The notes beneath the pieces were generated by a model, which was not told where the DNA came from, did no database searches, and saw only the letters and a list, made by a program, of their open reading frames with translations. Position numbers and translations under genes: made by a program. From assembly GCA_965112735.1 (NCBI GenBank), contig OZ218952.1:4030001-4094000 (forward strand): a DNA stretch of 64,000 nucleotides, in the 5' to 3' direction. Below are positions 35,350 through 48,034 of this stretch, in pieces. Each line of letters starts with the position of its first letter. The stretch's first letter is position 1. The stretch comes from Phaeosaccion multiseriatum. Lineage: Eukaryota; Protista; Ochrophyta, other classes.

Positions 35350-37980
35350 TCAAAAGGCGATGGGCGCGGGAGTGGTGGGAGTTGTGTCTCCAGAGGCTGT
35401 GGGCGCGGGGGTGGTGTCTCCAGAGGCTGTGGGCGCGGGAGTTGTGTCTCCAGAGGCTGTTGGTGCGGGGGTGGTTGCTTCCGAAGCTGTGGGCGCGAGG
35501 GTGGTCGCTTCAGAGGCTGTGGGTGGGGGAGTGGTGTCTCCAGTGACTGCAGGCGCCGGGGTGTTCGTTCCAATGTCCTCAGCTCCGTCCAGCTGCTGGA
35601 GCCCTGCTTGTGTGGCAGGAGCAGTCAAGCCCCCTCCTGCTCCACCACCTCCAGCAGCAGCGGCACCGCCGACACCAGCCGAAGCATTCCCGTTATCAGC
35701 CGCAGCGGCGGATCCTCCTCCTCCTCCTCCGCCGCCTCTTCCTCCGGCGGCAGCAGAGGCACTGCCATCACCAGCAGCCGCTGCACCATCCCCGTTCACA
35801 GCAGTGGCGCCATTGCCACTCCCTCCTCCTGCCGCAGCCGTGCCATTCCCCCCAACATTCCCTCCGATCTGCAGGCCTCGCAGTACACCACCACCACCTG
35901 CAGCGGGTAAACCACCCCTGTTCCCACCCGCCGCGGCGGAACCTCCTCCTCCGCCTCCTCCGCCTACTCCTCCCGCAGCCGCAGCGGCACTACCCGCAGC
36001 AGCAGCGGCACTACCACCACCAGCAGCCGCAGCGCCATTCCCGCTCACAGCAGTGGAGCCATTGCCACCCCCTCCTGCTGCAGCAGCCAGGCGTCGAAGC
36101 TCAGGCTGTGCAGCTTCACCCCCCAAGGAGCCTGCGCGGGTGTAGGGTCAACGGGACAGGAAGGAGTCAGGGAAGGTTCTCGAGACGTGTAGGGGGGCGC
36201 GGGTAAGTGCGAGTTAGCGAGTGAGTGACTGATTGACTGAGTGATTGAGTAACTGAGTGATTGAGTAACTGAGTGACTGAGTGACTGAGTGACTGACTGA
36301 CTGAGTGAGTGAATGAATGAGTGCGAGTGATCAAATGAGAAAAAGGGAGTGTTCCAAGAATGAGTGTGAGTATGAGGAGTGAGAGAGGGGAAGAGGGAGG
36401 GAGCGACACAACGAACGAGTGAGTCAGTGAGCGAGTGGGTCAGTGAGTCAGTATGGGAACGAGAGAGTCAGTGAGTGAGCGAAGCACCTTAATCTGGTGG
36501 TAGCGTCGCACGGAGAAGAGAGGAAGGGACAACACGACCGAGGTTGAGTGGGCCCTGGGGCGAATGGAGGGAAGCAGCATCGGAGACGAGCGAAGTGGAA
36601 GTAGCGTACCGAAGAGCGATGCCGAGCGAGGAAGAACGCAGCACTGAGCACTGCGGTTGGACGGGGGGCGGTGGAGCGGGCGCGAGCGCAGAGGAGTCGA
36701 GCGAAAGAACTGTGCGGACGGGTGCGCCGAGCGAGCGAGCCAGCGAAGACCGATGGGTGGGTGGGTGCGAGAACGGGCCCGTGACCAAGTGCGTCGGCTC
36801 GAGCCAAGAACCGTGGCCAACCCCCGAAGGGCAGGTGAGGGAGCTATGAGCCCCCACTCATAGAAGGCATGTGCCGGGGAGCGAAATGTCACTCATGCTG
36901 AAAGTCTTGTTTCTTTCCGAGAGGGGAGAGCTCGGCGCTCCTCAGTCGGGTGGGGAAGAATCGTCGCAAGTGTTTGTCACACTCACATTGACATAGATAT
37001 CACCTCCCCCCCCCACCACGCTCACGACTGCGTTGCCATTCCCTGATGCCGATGCTGCTGCTGCGGCGGCGGCGGCTGCTGCAGCCCCTGCCACGCCACC
37101 GGAGGCAGCCGCTGCCGCGCCTCCCCCAATAGAGGTGGGGGGCGGTTTCTCTTCACTCCTCCCCACCACCCCCGCAGCAGCATCATCATCGCCATCGCCG
37201 CTCATCCCTCCAACGAAAGCGTCCTCTGAGTCCGAAGACTCCTCTGCCGTGGTGCCGGCGCCATAGGATCCCCCGGTGCCCAGCAGCGGTGGCCCTTCCA
37301 CTTCATCGAGAATCCGAGCGCCCGGGGCGGCGTCCGAGGATGACATGGTCACGGTGCTCAAGACAGGGCCAAGGCTCTGACTTTGAGCATCGTCGTACTG
37401 AGCCTCACCCTCAGCCCTGACGCAGGTACAAACGAGAGCGTCGTCGTCTAAATAACCACTGGCAGCAGCAGCATATGCAGCACGGCTGTCAGCGCTTGAG
37501 CGAGCCACCGCAGCGCCGGCACGATTAAGAGTGCCTGCTGCTTACGAGGTGGTCCAATAGCGCGAGGGAAGTCTCCAGGTGTTAAAATGACGCTTGCCTT
37601 TGCTAGGTGTGAGAGAGTGAGGGGATAAAAGAGGCCGGCACTAGATCGGAGCCAGGAGAGGCAGAAGGAGAGCAGAAGCAGCACCGTCGAGCGGTGGTGG
37701 GGAAGGGTCCGCTGAGAGGCGGCTGAAAGCTCTAAGCTTGAGTCACTCCCAAGCTGGTCAGGGAGGTATGAGACCGGCCGGGATGGGAGGAGGGCGCAGC
37801 CGTAAAAGCACACAAAACGCTCCCTCACTCTCGTGTAGTGGACAGGGCAGGAAAAGGAATCTGCTCCAAGTTCCGCTCTTTCTCACCTGAAAGCTCCGCT
37901 CCTCGAAGGTAAGGTGCAGCCGTGATATCAGCCACCGCGGCAGCAAAAGCCAAGGCGAAGATGAGTACGGACCTCGCCAT
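35350..37980 (-). CDS. Secreted low-complexity Gly/Ala-rich and (T/P)-repeat surface or cell-wall protein; exon structure uncertain
   Basis: Signal-peptide exon MARSVLIFALAFAAAVADITAAPYLRGAELS (37980-37887, phase-1 donor gtgaga). Phase-1 acceptors at 37534 and 36131 lead into ORFs ending at 36942 and 35350; TTPAPTASG repeats. Confidence 0.5.
35380..35560 (-). repeat. 30-bp coding minisatellite (TTPAPTASGD/EA)
   Basis: Tandem tgtctccagaggctgtgggcgcggg..t units. Confidence 0.8.
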
Positions 37981-38241
37981 TCTCTCTTTCTTTTATTTTT
38001 TATTCAACTGCCCGACAAAAAGCAAAAAGGCTCTCTCCGTGCACATGGCACCAGACGGCAAAGCGATGAGGTGAAACTCAAATGACAAATCAAATCCTCC
38101 CTCCACGCGTGAGGCAGGCAAGAAAGTAAACAATACAAGAGCATTACCGAACGCTATAGAACCGCTGCCACATCTTTATCTACTCGAACCACTCCCGTGC
38201 ATTAGCCTGCCCACTCTGTGAAAGGGGTGGGGAGGAAGGCC

Positions 38242-41200
38242 ATGGCTAGTTGCCGTCGGCGAATGAGCGGCCTTGCAACCCTCTGTTGTCTGCTGCTATG
38301 TCTCGCTGGCGGGGCGTCTGCGGCCAAGACCAAGAAACCCAAGGAGAAGCCTGGGGAGTCCAACCCTTCCTTCTTCCTACAGGACACCGCTGATGGTGAG
38401 TCACAGACGCGCAGCATTGTGATGGCATCTTGGTGCAACGAGAGAGTATGGACAGCTCAAATGGGAGCTCTGCAGGAAAGGCCAGAGAAGCCCCCCTGCT
38501 CTTAACCCGGGCAACCGTGGGGCGGGGATGGGGAAGGACCGTCCTGAGGTCTGTTTGTTCGCACACTAACACCCCTCCTCGCCTCTCTGGACTGTCTCCA
38601 GGCTCTTGCCTCTCTGGCGCCACTTTCCAGCGCTGCTCAGTGACCACGCTGTGGTACGTGAGCGGCCAGTCCTCATCGTACCAACTGCACCAGAGGGCAG
38701 TGGAGGAGGGCGGGAAGGACATGTGCATCGACAAGACGTCCAGTGGGGGGCTGACCCTGCAGGACTGCCGGAAATGCAAAGCCAAGGAGTGGAACATCCT
38801 CGGCGACAAGGACACGGGGTAAGGGGGAGACGGAGGCTTAGGCCTTTAGTGGACTGACTTATGGACCGTACACAAGCGTAGACAATCGATGGTTGTTGAG
38901 GGGAGGTGTGTGGGTGGGCCATAGATGATTTACATCACATGGTATCTTTTGGATCCAGAACACGACACCCGTAAGCTTACTCTCTGGGACCCCTCTTGCT
39001 CCTCTCTTCCCCGTCTCTCCCATAACCTCTTCTCTCAAACACTCACCACCCCATCCAAGATACGTGGTCACGGAGGGCGAGGATAACAAGAACTGTCTAC
39101 AGCGGGACGGGGACAAGGCCGTGATTGTGCCCTGCGACGAGGGCTACGCAGCCCTGGCTCTTCAGTTTGTCACCACTGAGGAGCGCGACCAGATGCTGTC
39201 ACCGGGCGTGATGCTCATCTCTGCCGCCCGAGACGGCGAGAAGAAGGCTGTGGACAAGGCGCTGAAGGATGGCGTGGATGTCAACTCGGAGGACTGGGAC
39301 AAGCTCAAGCCCATCATCGCGGCTGCAGCAGGCGGACACACCGACGTTGTCAAGCTCCTCTTGAAGAAGGTACGCCCAGTTTGTCTCAATCTCTTTTCTC
39401 CCGTCTCCGTGAGTCTTCCCCAAAAGACGACAGAGGCGTGGCCGATGCTTTCTCTCGCTCCTATTATCTCACGCTTGGGCGTCCGACTATTTTCCTCTCT
39501 CGTCTCCCTCGTCTCATCCCCCTCTTCTCTCACGAGAGCAGGGAGCAGATGTCAACGCCTATGACAAGGACAACATCACCGCCTTAATGGAGGCGTCGAT
39601 CATGGGGCACGTCGCCGTGGTGAAGGAGTTGCTCAAGGAGGGCGCCCAAGTCGACGCAGAGTCTCTCACTCACGTAACGGCTTTGTGGCTCGCGGCCAGC
39701 GAGGGACACGCTGATGTGGTGAAGGAGATCATCAAGAGCGGGGGGGATGTGCAGAAGGCCCGAGAGGACGGCATCACCTGCCTCATGGCTGCCTCCATGA
39801 ACGGGCACTTGCCTGTAGTCAAGCTGCTCCTCGAGAAGGGTGAGTGCGTGAGTGCGTGAGTGAGTGGGTAGTATTACTCTGGGCCTTTTGTTTTGCCTTC
39901 CCCTCCCGGGCTGCTCCGCGTGGAGCTAGCTGTAACGTGTTTGTGTGTGGCGCTAAGAAAGGAAGTGACGACAACTCACTCATAACCCGAAAACCTGTTT
40001 TCACCCGCCGGGCTTGAGGCTCAGCCAGCGCTGTACAAGCGCTGTGCTGGCCTCTGCAACGCCCGACTTGTAACGGCAGATTCCGTGAGGGCTTATGTTT
40101 ACTAGGACTGATCCTTGGCACACTGACAGACTGACTGATTGACTGACGGACAGGCTCACTGACTGACCGACTGATTGACTAACAGACTGACAGACTGCCT
40201 GAATTATGACTGGTCCTCCGCGCACACACGGGGGAGTTGAGGGGGTGGGGTTAGGGTGGGCACCTCTGTCTTTGGGAGGACCTGTCAAGGCCTTCCTCCC
40301 CAGCAGCGCTGAACTCCGTCTTGCTGACGGCCTGGAGCTCAAACCTCCCACCCGCCCGCCTTTATTCCCTCGTCTCTCGCTGCGCAGGCGCCGATGTGGA
40401 TGCTGTGGATCCCGAGGGGGTCACTGCGCTGATGAACGCTGCCGAGTTTGGAGATGCCGACATTTTGTCGTACCTGATCTCGAAGGGAGCCAACCCAGGG
40501 GCCATGAGTAAGCAGGGCTTCACGCCTCTCATCGTCGCCGCTGCCGGAGGGCATAAGGAGGCATGCCAGGTGCGTGCCAAACCATGGAGGAAGAGGGAGG
40601 GGCGGGGCGGGGGGGCGGGGCAGGGAAGAGCGACAGAGAGAAGGGAAGAGATGCAGATCTAGCCTGTCCCCCCCGGGGCGATGATGGAAGAGGGCACTTG
40701 CTCTCTGCGGCTCTCTATCCCATTCCTTACAAGTATGTATCAATCCACAACTCAAAATCTTCTTGTCTCTCTTCTACCCTTCACTCCTCCTTCCTCTCTG
40801 CACCCCTCCCCCCCCACATCCTTTGTCCTTCCTTCTTTGCTTCAGGTGCTCATTGACAAGAAGGTGGATATTAACGCAATGTTTGAAGGCGGTGTGAGTG
40901 CGCTCATGTACGCCGCGGCAGGGGGCTTTGAGGAAGTGGTGGCGCTGTTGCTCAGCAAGGGTGCAGACGTGAACCAAAGACACGTACAGGGAGGCACGGC
41001 TCTCTTGGAGGCCGCCACGCAAGGATCTATGGAGGTGGTGACGGCACTGCTGGACGCAGGGGCAGACCACCTTGTCAAGGACTTGGATGGCGTCACGCCC
41101 CTCATGTCTGCGGCTGCTGCTGGCCACGCCGAGCTGTGCACGCTGCTCATCAACAAGGGAGTGGCCATTGATGCCACTACCGCTTCGGGAGGGACTGCGC

Positions 41201-42468
41201 TTATGTTCGCAGCGGGAGCGGGCCATGTCGAGGCAGCCAAGGTGTGTGTAGCTGTGGTGTGCTGGTGCACGTACATGATTCCTTGCATGGAGACGCTCGT
41301 CTGTATACATAAACAAACATATGCCTCCTGCAGTTCCTCCTGATTCATTTGCTCCTGCTTGGCAAGCTTTTGACACACACCCCAACCCCCACCCCTCCTC
41401 TCCCCTCCCGTCCCGTTCCTCCTCCTTGGACAGGTGCTGATCGCCGCCGGAGCTGGAGTGAATATCGCTGTGGAGGCGACTCCCGAGTATCTCGAGGCCT
41501 TTGCCGCCGACGTGGAGGCGGGAGAGGACAAGGAACCGCACAAGAACGGCGTCACGGCTCTACACGTGGCTGCTCTTGGCGGGCACGGAGAGTTGGCCAT
41601 GCTGCTGCTGGACAGTGGAGCGGACATTCTCGCAGTGGATGATGAGGACATCAGTGCCCTCAAGAACGCCATTCAGGGTAACTACGCGGAGGTAGCGGCG
41701 GCGCTGGTGGAGAGAGGCGCTAACCCCAACGATGTCTATGTGGACGAGCATGGGGTGGAGCACAACCTGCTCATGGATAGCATCAGCCTGAGCAATGTCC
41801 AGTTCGCCATGCTCTTGATCAACAAGGGGGCTGACGTGACGAACACGGACTCCGCGGGTGTGACTACCCTCATCCAGGCCGCACACAAGGGCCTCGACGA
41901 GGTGGTGGAAGCGCTGTTGGACACGGGCAAGGTGGATGTTGGCGCTGTCAACGAGGATGGGGTGTGTGCGCTCACTGCGGCGGCCAGCCAGGGCCGTGCG
42001 GGCGCAGTCAGACTGCTGCTCGGCAAGGGAAAGGCCAGCCCAAACACCAAGGATAAGGACGGCACCACCCCTCTCATGGCTGCGTCGGTGGGCGGCCACA
42101 GCGAGGCGGTCATGGCTCTGATAGAGGGCCGTGCGCGGCTCAACGATCAGAACGATGATGGACACACGGCGCTCATGTATGCCTACCATAGCAGAAACCA
42201 GGTGGCATCGCTCATGGCCAAGTACCGGCACTACTGGGAGGAGTCAGCGGCCGCAGCGGAGGCGGAGGGTGGGGCGGAGGCGAAGGAGAGCCAAGACAGT
42301 GCTGCTCTCATGAAGGAGGCCCTTGACTCCGCGGATGCCATTATCGAGGCGCTGTTGAGGGAGGGCGCGGATGGCACCCTAAAGGACAAGGAGGGCCACA
42401 CCGCAGCTGACTTCGACTACAAGCCCGAGCAAGGGGGCGTTGGCGACCCCGGGAGGGGCGAGCTCTAG
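38242..42468 (+). CDS. Signal peptide + Cys-rich ricin-B-like domain + long ankyrin-repeat array, C-terminal RGEL
   Basis: N-terminus LATLCCLLLCLAGGASA; CL..C..W repeats (GSCLSGATFQRC, DMCIDK..LTLQDC..EWNI, NCLQRDG..VPC); many G.TALM.AA..GH.EVV..LL..GAD.N motifs across GT-AG exons. Confidence 0.88.
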
Positions 42469-43134
42469 GTCAGCAGGGAAGGGCAGGCATTGATGAGAGA
42501 TGTGTAGGGGTGGTGGTGGTGGTGGAGGAGGAGAAAGAGGAGAAGGTAGACTTTGACTTGGAGCAACCTCTCGATTTGTTGCGCAGGGAGAGGTGGTCCC
42601 AGAGTGAGTGTGCGAGCATCATGGCACGATGGTTTCGGGCTTCGTGCTACGTAGTTTTGGGGCGGAGAGGGGGGGGGGGGGGGACGTAGCTTCGTAGTAT
42701 AGATAGATACAGGGGGATCGACGGGATACAAGTAGAGAAGGGTGGGGTGAGCAAGAATCCCGAGCCGCAGACAGCCAGCGTTGCTGCTGGTACAGGCTTT
42801 TATATGTAGGGGGCACCCCCTGACTATATATATACACAAACACATATTTCGAGAACTTCACTCCCTGTTACAATGTATCTTTTGAACGTTTGTTTGAGAC
42901 AACTCCCGCCCTCTACAGTGACGCAGACCAGCTCAGCCCCCCTCTCACGCACCCCTTCCTCACACCCCTCCCCCACGTCCCTCCCTCTTTGGAGTCCTCT
43001 TCTATTCACGCGAACGTGCACCATAACTCATCACCGCTCAAACCACCACCCACCATCGCAGATGCTGCCCCCCAAGAGAAGGGCAGGGTGGCCATCTCAG
43101 CCCATTGCCAGAGGACAATGGATCACCAACTCCG

Positions 43135-43966
43135 TCACCGGGTGAGCCGCCCCTTCTTCATGGTAGTGGCCTGCGTTTTAAACGCCCGATAGTGATCCGT
43201 CCCTCCGTACACCTTCCGGTCCTCCTCGTACGTGGTCAGGTAGCCCGAGGGGGCCGTCTTGGGCTCACCGTACGTCGAGAACCACTGACTGAGACTATTA
43301 ATGACGGGCAAGGTGTTGGGATCGAGCTCCTCCAGCTTGAGCTTCGCTCGACACCTCCCGACCTCGTCGCTAAGCTGCTCCAGCTCTTTCTGCGCCTGCA
43401 GGATCTTCCTGGTGAGTGTGTGTAGCTCGCCGCTCTCAATTGGGCTATTGTCCCCCTTGTAGTAGTCTATGGTGCCCGGTCGCATGGCCACAGCAATCGC
43501 AAACTCCAGGTTCTGGAGAAGGAGGAGGACGCCAGTATCGAACAGCAGTGCCGCGCAATAACACAAAAGAACAAAAAGAAGCGGAAGGGGCCACAGCATC
43601 AGGAACGGTGCCATTCAAGAACAAGTAGGCGGGCGGGACGAAAGAGTCGGGAAGAGCTGATACTTCGTACGGCACGACGACGAGGAGCACAGAAAAAAAA
43701 AATTACCCTCCCCCAACTTCTCTCCCGCTTTCGGCCGGGAAGTTCCCCTATTCGATCTTCTCTCTCACCTTCATTGTCGCCAATGAGTGCTGATTAAGGC
43801 CTCCTTCCTTGGTGAATATACGGTTGGCCTCCTCGCACAGGGACTTTTGATAGCTCAACTTCCTGCGCTGCTGCCCAACCAGCTCATCTAAGCGACTTGT
43901 GATGTGGCTCCCTCCTCTCCCTCCACCGCTGCTCCGACTAGAGCTTCGCCTCATGGGTGTTGCCAT
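43135..43966 (-). CDS. Hypothetical protein (spliced, coiled-coil segment)
   Basis: Exon MATPMRR..HSLATMK|gtgaga and last exon ctccag|NLEFAIAVAMRPG..KKGRLTR have coding-like composition; no family recognised. Confidence 0.6.
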
Positions 43967-44221
43967 TCTTCGCCCTGAAAGCAGCACAGCTACTCCGATT
44001 TTTTTTTTGTGTTGTGACAGAACTCGGGACAATCACAATCCCGTTACTTTTAGGCAAGACAGATGGCACCAAATGGCCTTTACTTTTCTCCCCCCCTTTA
44101 CTTTTGCATTCCTATTATTTCCAAAATTCCTTGGCAGAGAGCAACATGGTTGCGCGTTTGCAAATTGGAGCGACTGTGATGTCGGGAAAGACCAGAAGCA
44201 GATTTGAAGTAGCAGGTAGCA

Positions 44222-44878
44222 ATGTTTTCAGAGACGCAGAATGAGAAGGAGAAGGAGAATGAAGAAGCGGGGGTGGTGAAGGAAATGGACTTGGTGCCTC
44301 CATTGACCCCTTCTTGTTCCGTATCAGCAGCAGATTGTTCCATGTCACGGTGGACGGCGAGTGACTTGTCATTCACAAACAGCACCGCGGGCACCGACCC
44401 GAGCCTGAGCTCAACCCGAAGCAGTCTGGTGGGTACAACCCTCTGCGGCTCGTCGATGGAGAGCACCGCGACTTGGGGGGGCAGCGGTGCCATGAGCATA
44501 GCAACGACCGCGTGTAGTGCTAGTATGGGGGAGAGCAGCAGTGGCGTGGATGCCGAGAGTATGAAAATGAGCTGGGGGCGGGGCGGACATGCCCCCACTG
44601 GAGAAGAAGAGGACGGGTTAAGATACAGAGAAGTAGATTCGGTGATCAAGCAGATGATGATGTCGCAAACGCTGGCGAAGGAGGAGGAGGCGGAGGAGGA
44701 GGAGCTGCAGCAGTCCCAGCAGCAGCAAGAGCGGTCGACTGAGAAGTGCAAGTGCAGGAAAAGAAGGGGGCGAGCCGGGCCGCGCAAGCTCGGTACATTA
44801 CTACGACGCTGTTTCGCTGCAGCTGTTGGTGCTGCCACTGCTGGTGGTCGAAAGAAGAACAAGAAAAAGTGCGCGTGA
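44222..44878 (+). CDS. Hypothetical Ser/Thr-rich, probably disordered protein
   Basis: 218-codon ATG ORF divergent from the 43966 gene; no motif. Confidence 0.35.
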   Translation: MFSETQNEKEKENEEAGVVKEMDLVPPLTPSCSVSAADCSMSRWTASDLSFTNSTAGTDPSLSSTRSSLVGTTLCGSSMESTATWGGSGAMSIATTACSASMGESSSGVDAESMKMSWGRGGHAPTGEEEDGLRYREVDSVIKQMMMSQTLAKEEEAEEEELQQSQQQQERSTEKCKCRKRRGRAGPRKLGTLLRRCFAAAVGAATAGGRKKNKKKCA

Positions 44879-45984
44879 GCAGCCAGTGGTTCGGCCTATA
44901 TTATTGATTGTGTATTGCACTCGCATGGGGCGGGGAAAGGGCGCAACAATAGTGCCGCCTCACAGCGGTCGTTCTGGTGCGTAGAGCAGAGGGGGTCAGC
45001 TGCAATGGGGCGAGGCAGCAGGGTGAGGGTGAGACGACAGTGAGCGATCATCGAAGAGTGACTGAGGAGATCGGAGCGTGACGTTGAGCGAGTTCCATCA
45101 GCCAAGCAACAAGGCGGTGGGAGCAATAAGGACTGGTGACTGGCAGATTCCGCGCCCGAGTCGGTGGTGGCAAGGGTGGCGATAAAGAGGTCACAGTTGT
45201 GCTGGCGAAGAGTCATTCAGTCATAGGCATCCGGCTCACGTAGTAGAAATACAAATAGAAAATTATCCATGTGTGACTCATCGCAGTGCCGGGGCGTCTT
45301 GGGATGGGTAGTGGGCCAACCTAAAGAGACTCGCACCTACAATCCACTTCGCCAGCTTTATCCCCCCTCCCTCGCCCATACTCGCTCGGTGCCTCGCCCC
45401 CCCCCCCCGTCCTGGCCTGCTCCGGACCTTCTGGACCGCACCCCAGCGGGCTCCGGCCCCGTGTGTATCGCATCCGGAGCTCCACACGGCAGCTCGATGC
45501 ATCTCAGCCCTACACAGTAACCTCCGGCGCTCCGTGTAAGTGTGCACATGAGCACTCGAAAGGAAGGCAGCCCATGTCCGCATGGCACGGACGGAGCCAA
45601 GGGGTTACGAGCTGAGCACCGCGAGAGAGAGCGACCGGTGACTGTCGACGCACATCAGCGCGTCATCGTGTGTGGGTGACTGTGATTCAGTTCTGAAGAG
45701 GAATGGCCTACGACCATTCTTAACACTCGATTTGCGTAAGAATCGCCCAAATCACCCGTTTTTTAGAGATCGGGCGGCAAGGGGGAGGGCTCTTGCAGAA
45801 ATGCTGACAGGTACTCGTAGAGAAGGGAAAAGGCTATGAAAGGGCCCTGTGTCGGTAGGCATCTCAAAGAGCTACACGAAGAGCTATAGCGCTTCTCCCA
45901 GCGTCATTTTGCGGAGTTCGTGCAACAAAATTGTTGGGGGCGATTTGGGCGATTCTTACGCAAATCGAGTGTTAAGAACTATCT

Positions 45985-47704
45985 TTATTTGAGCAGCGAG
46001 TCCAGCGCGTCTCCTCCGAAGTCGCTCTCGGCGTGCAGCAAATCGAGATTGCTCTTCTCAGGCATATCGGCCAGCGCCTCCTCCAGCACACGCACGCACG
46101 CACCAAAGTCCGGCCTGTCGTTTGGCGCCTGTGCCCAGCAGTCCTGGATGAGGTCCCTCACCGCCCGCGGCGTGTCCCCCCGGGGTACGCTTGGCCGGTC
46201 TCCGCCCACAATGACGTCACGAATGTCCGTCACCTCGTAGTCGTAAAAGGGAATCTCGCCGGAGAACATTTCCCACAGAAGCATGCCGAAGGCGTACACG
46301 TCCACGGCTTTGTTGAACGGCTTTTGAAGGCGGCGGCAGACAAGAGGAGGATATGAGGAAGAAAAGCAAAAGAGGGTGAGAGAGGCGACGGTAGAGCGGG
46401 CCATTTGTAAGTGTTGTCTTTGGAGCGGGAGCTTTTGGAAGGAGAGGCAGCAGAAACGGGGGGGCGGGGACACCATACGTAGTGTCCCCCATCCCACGCA
46501 GCAGGATCCCCAGCCTAGTCCTGTTCTCTTTCTCTTTCCCCCCCTCACCTTATTCTGTAAAAGCTCCGGAGCCATGTAGGCAGGTGTGCCCGCCATCGTT
46601 GCCTTGGTCCTCACCAAGCCAAAGTCGCACAGCTTAATGACCCCGTCTCGATCCATGAGCAAGTTCTGCGACTTTAGGTCCCTGTGAATGATGGGTGGGG
46701 TCCTGTGATGCAGGTAGTCCATGGCCCGCCCCACGTCCAGCGCAATGCCCACTAGCTCACGCGCCCCCACGTCCCGCCTCTCCTTGTGTAGCACCTCAAA
46801 GAGAGAGGCGTCGCAGCGCTCCATTACGAAAAAGAGGTTGGGAGGCTCCATACTTGCCCCCACAAAGCGGACAATGTTGGGGTGATCCAGAGAGGCCATG
46901 ATGAGTAACTCGTCCAGGTACTCCCGCTTCAAGGGCTCACTGACACGAGGGTCGAACTACGGCAAAGGGAAAGAGAGGGTGTGTGTGTGGGGGGGGGGGG
47001 TGTTAGGTGTTGGGTTCTTTACATGGGCAGGGGAGAAGCAGCAGAGGGAGTGGAGGTGTACAGGGCAAGAGATGGGAGGCTTGGGTGTGAGGCGCGTCTT
47101 TGATCGAGGGGAGAGCGGGGGAGCCAGGGCTACATCCAGATGAGTAGAGGGGGAGTACATGGGTGGCCGAGTGGTTGAGAGGAGAAGCCTCTCGGAGCTG
47201 CAGTCTTCCAAGCGCAAAGGAGGAGCAGTCGATGTTCCATGAATTCCACACACACTTGAGGAGGCAGATATGGAACTGTAGCAGCGACCGCGACAGGGAG
47301 CAATTCAGTCGCGATCAGTAGTAGCGAGCTCCACACACTGAGCTGTTAGCAGTCACCCCTAGTGCCACATAGTAGATCTCTCCCCCCAGTAGGCTCAGGA
47401 AGAGACCATCGCTCGAGGCGTCACTCACCAGCGTTTTTAATGCCACCTCCTCGTCCTGATAATATCCGCTATAAATCACGCCCACGCCTCCTCCTCCTAT
47501 TCGTTTTCCCATCTCGATATCCTTGAAGTCTATCGTCTTCCATAGCTGCTGCTCCGTCGGACGCTCCTCGTGTCCACCTGTTTGTTCCACTCTTGTGCGT
47601 TCACCCTTCTCTTCTCCACTTTGTCGCTTGCATTCCATGCCTTCGTCGCCGCCTTCAAAGTCGTCCTCATAGTCGTCCTCCTCCTCCCGATCGTCTGTAG
47701 GCAT
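45985..47704 (-). CDS. TKL (Raf/MLK-like) protein kinase
   Basis: IGGGGVGVIY, VALK, LDHPNIV, HRDLKSQNLL, DFG, GTPAYMAPE, DVYAFG and CW...P..RPDF; two introns. Confidence 0.93.
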
Positions 47705-48034
47705 CCTTCCACGACTCGTTCTCCTTTCTTTGAAGCGGTTCTTCTTGTTTTTTTCTCTCGCCTCCCTCTCGTGCTATGAGGAAAGGACGCGCCTCTGCTT
47801 CCCTCACCGAAGCAACGCAAATTCTTCTACAAGAGACTTCTTTCAACCGGCTGCTTCTTTCATAGTCTGGTGGTTGGACCTTCGCGCAAAAACGGGCAAG
47901 GTATGATTAATTTGAGAAACGTGTTGGTTCTCTTCTTCCACAAATAACAACTGCTGGATATCCTCAATTTTTTTCTCCCCGCTGCCACCTCTCCCGATCC
48001 CTCCTTCGCTCCTCTCCTTGGAGAAGAAAGAAGG

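Noticed and set aside
44896-45950. Short ORFs in the gap before the kinase 3' end
   Set aside because: No motifs, consistent splice pattern or recognisable RNA structure; left unannotated.
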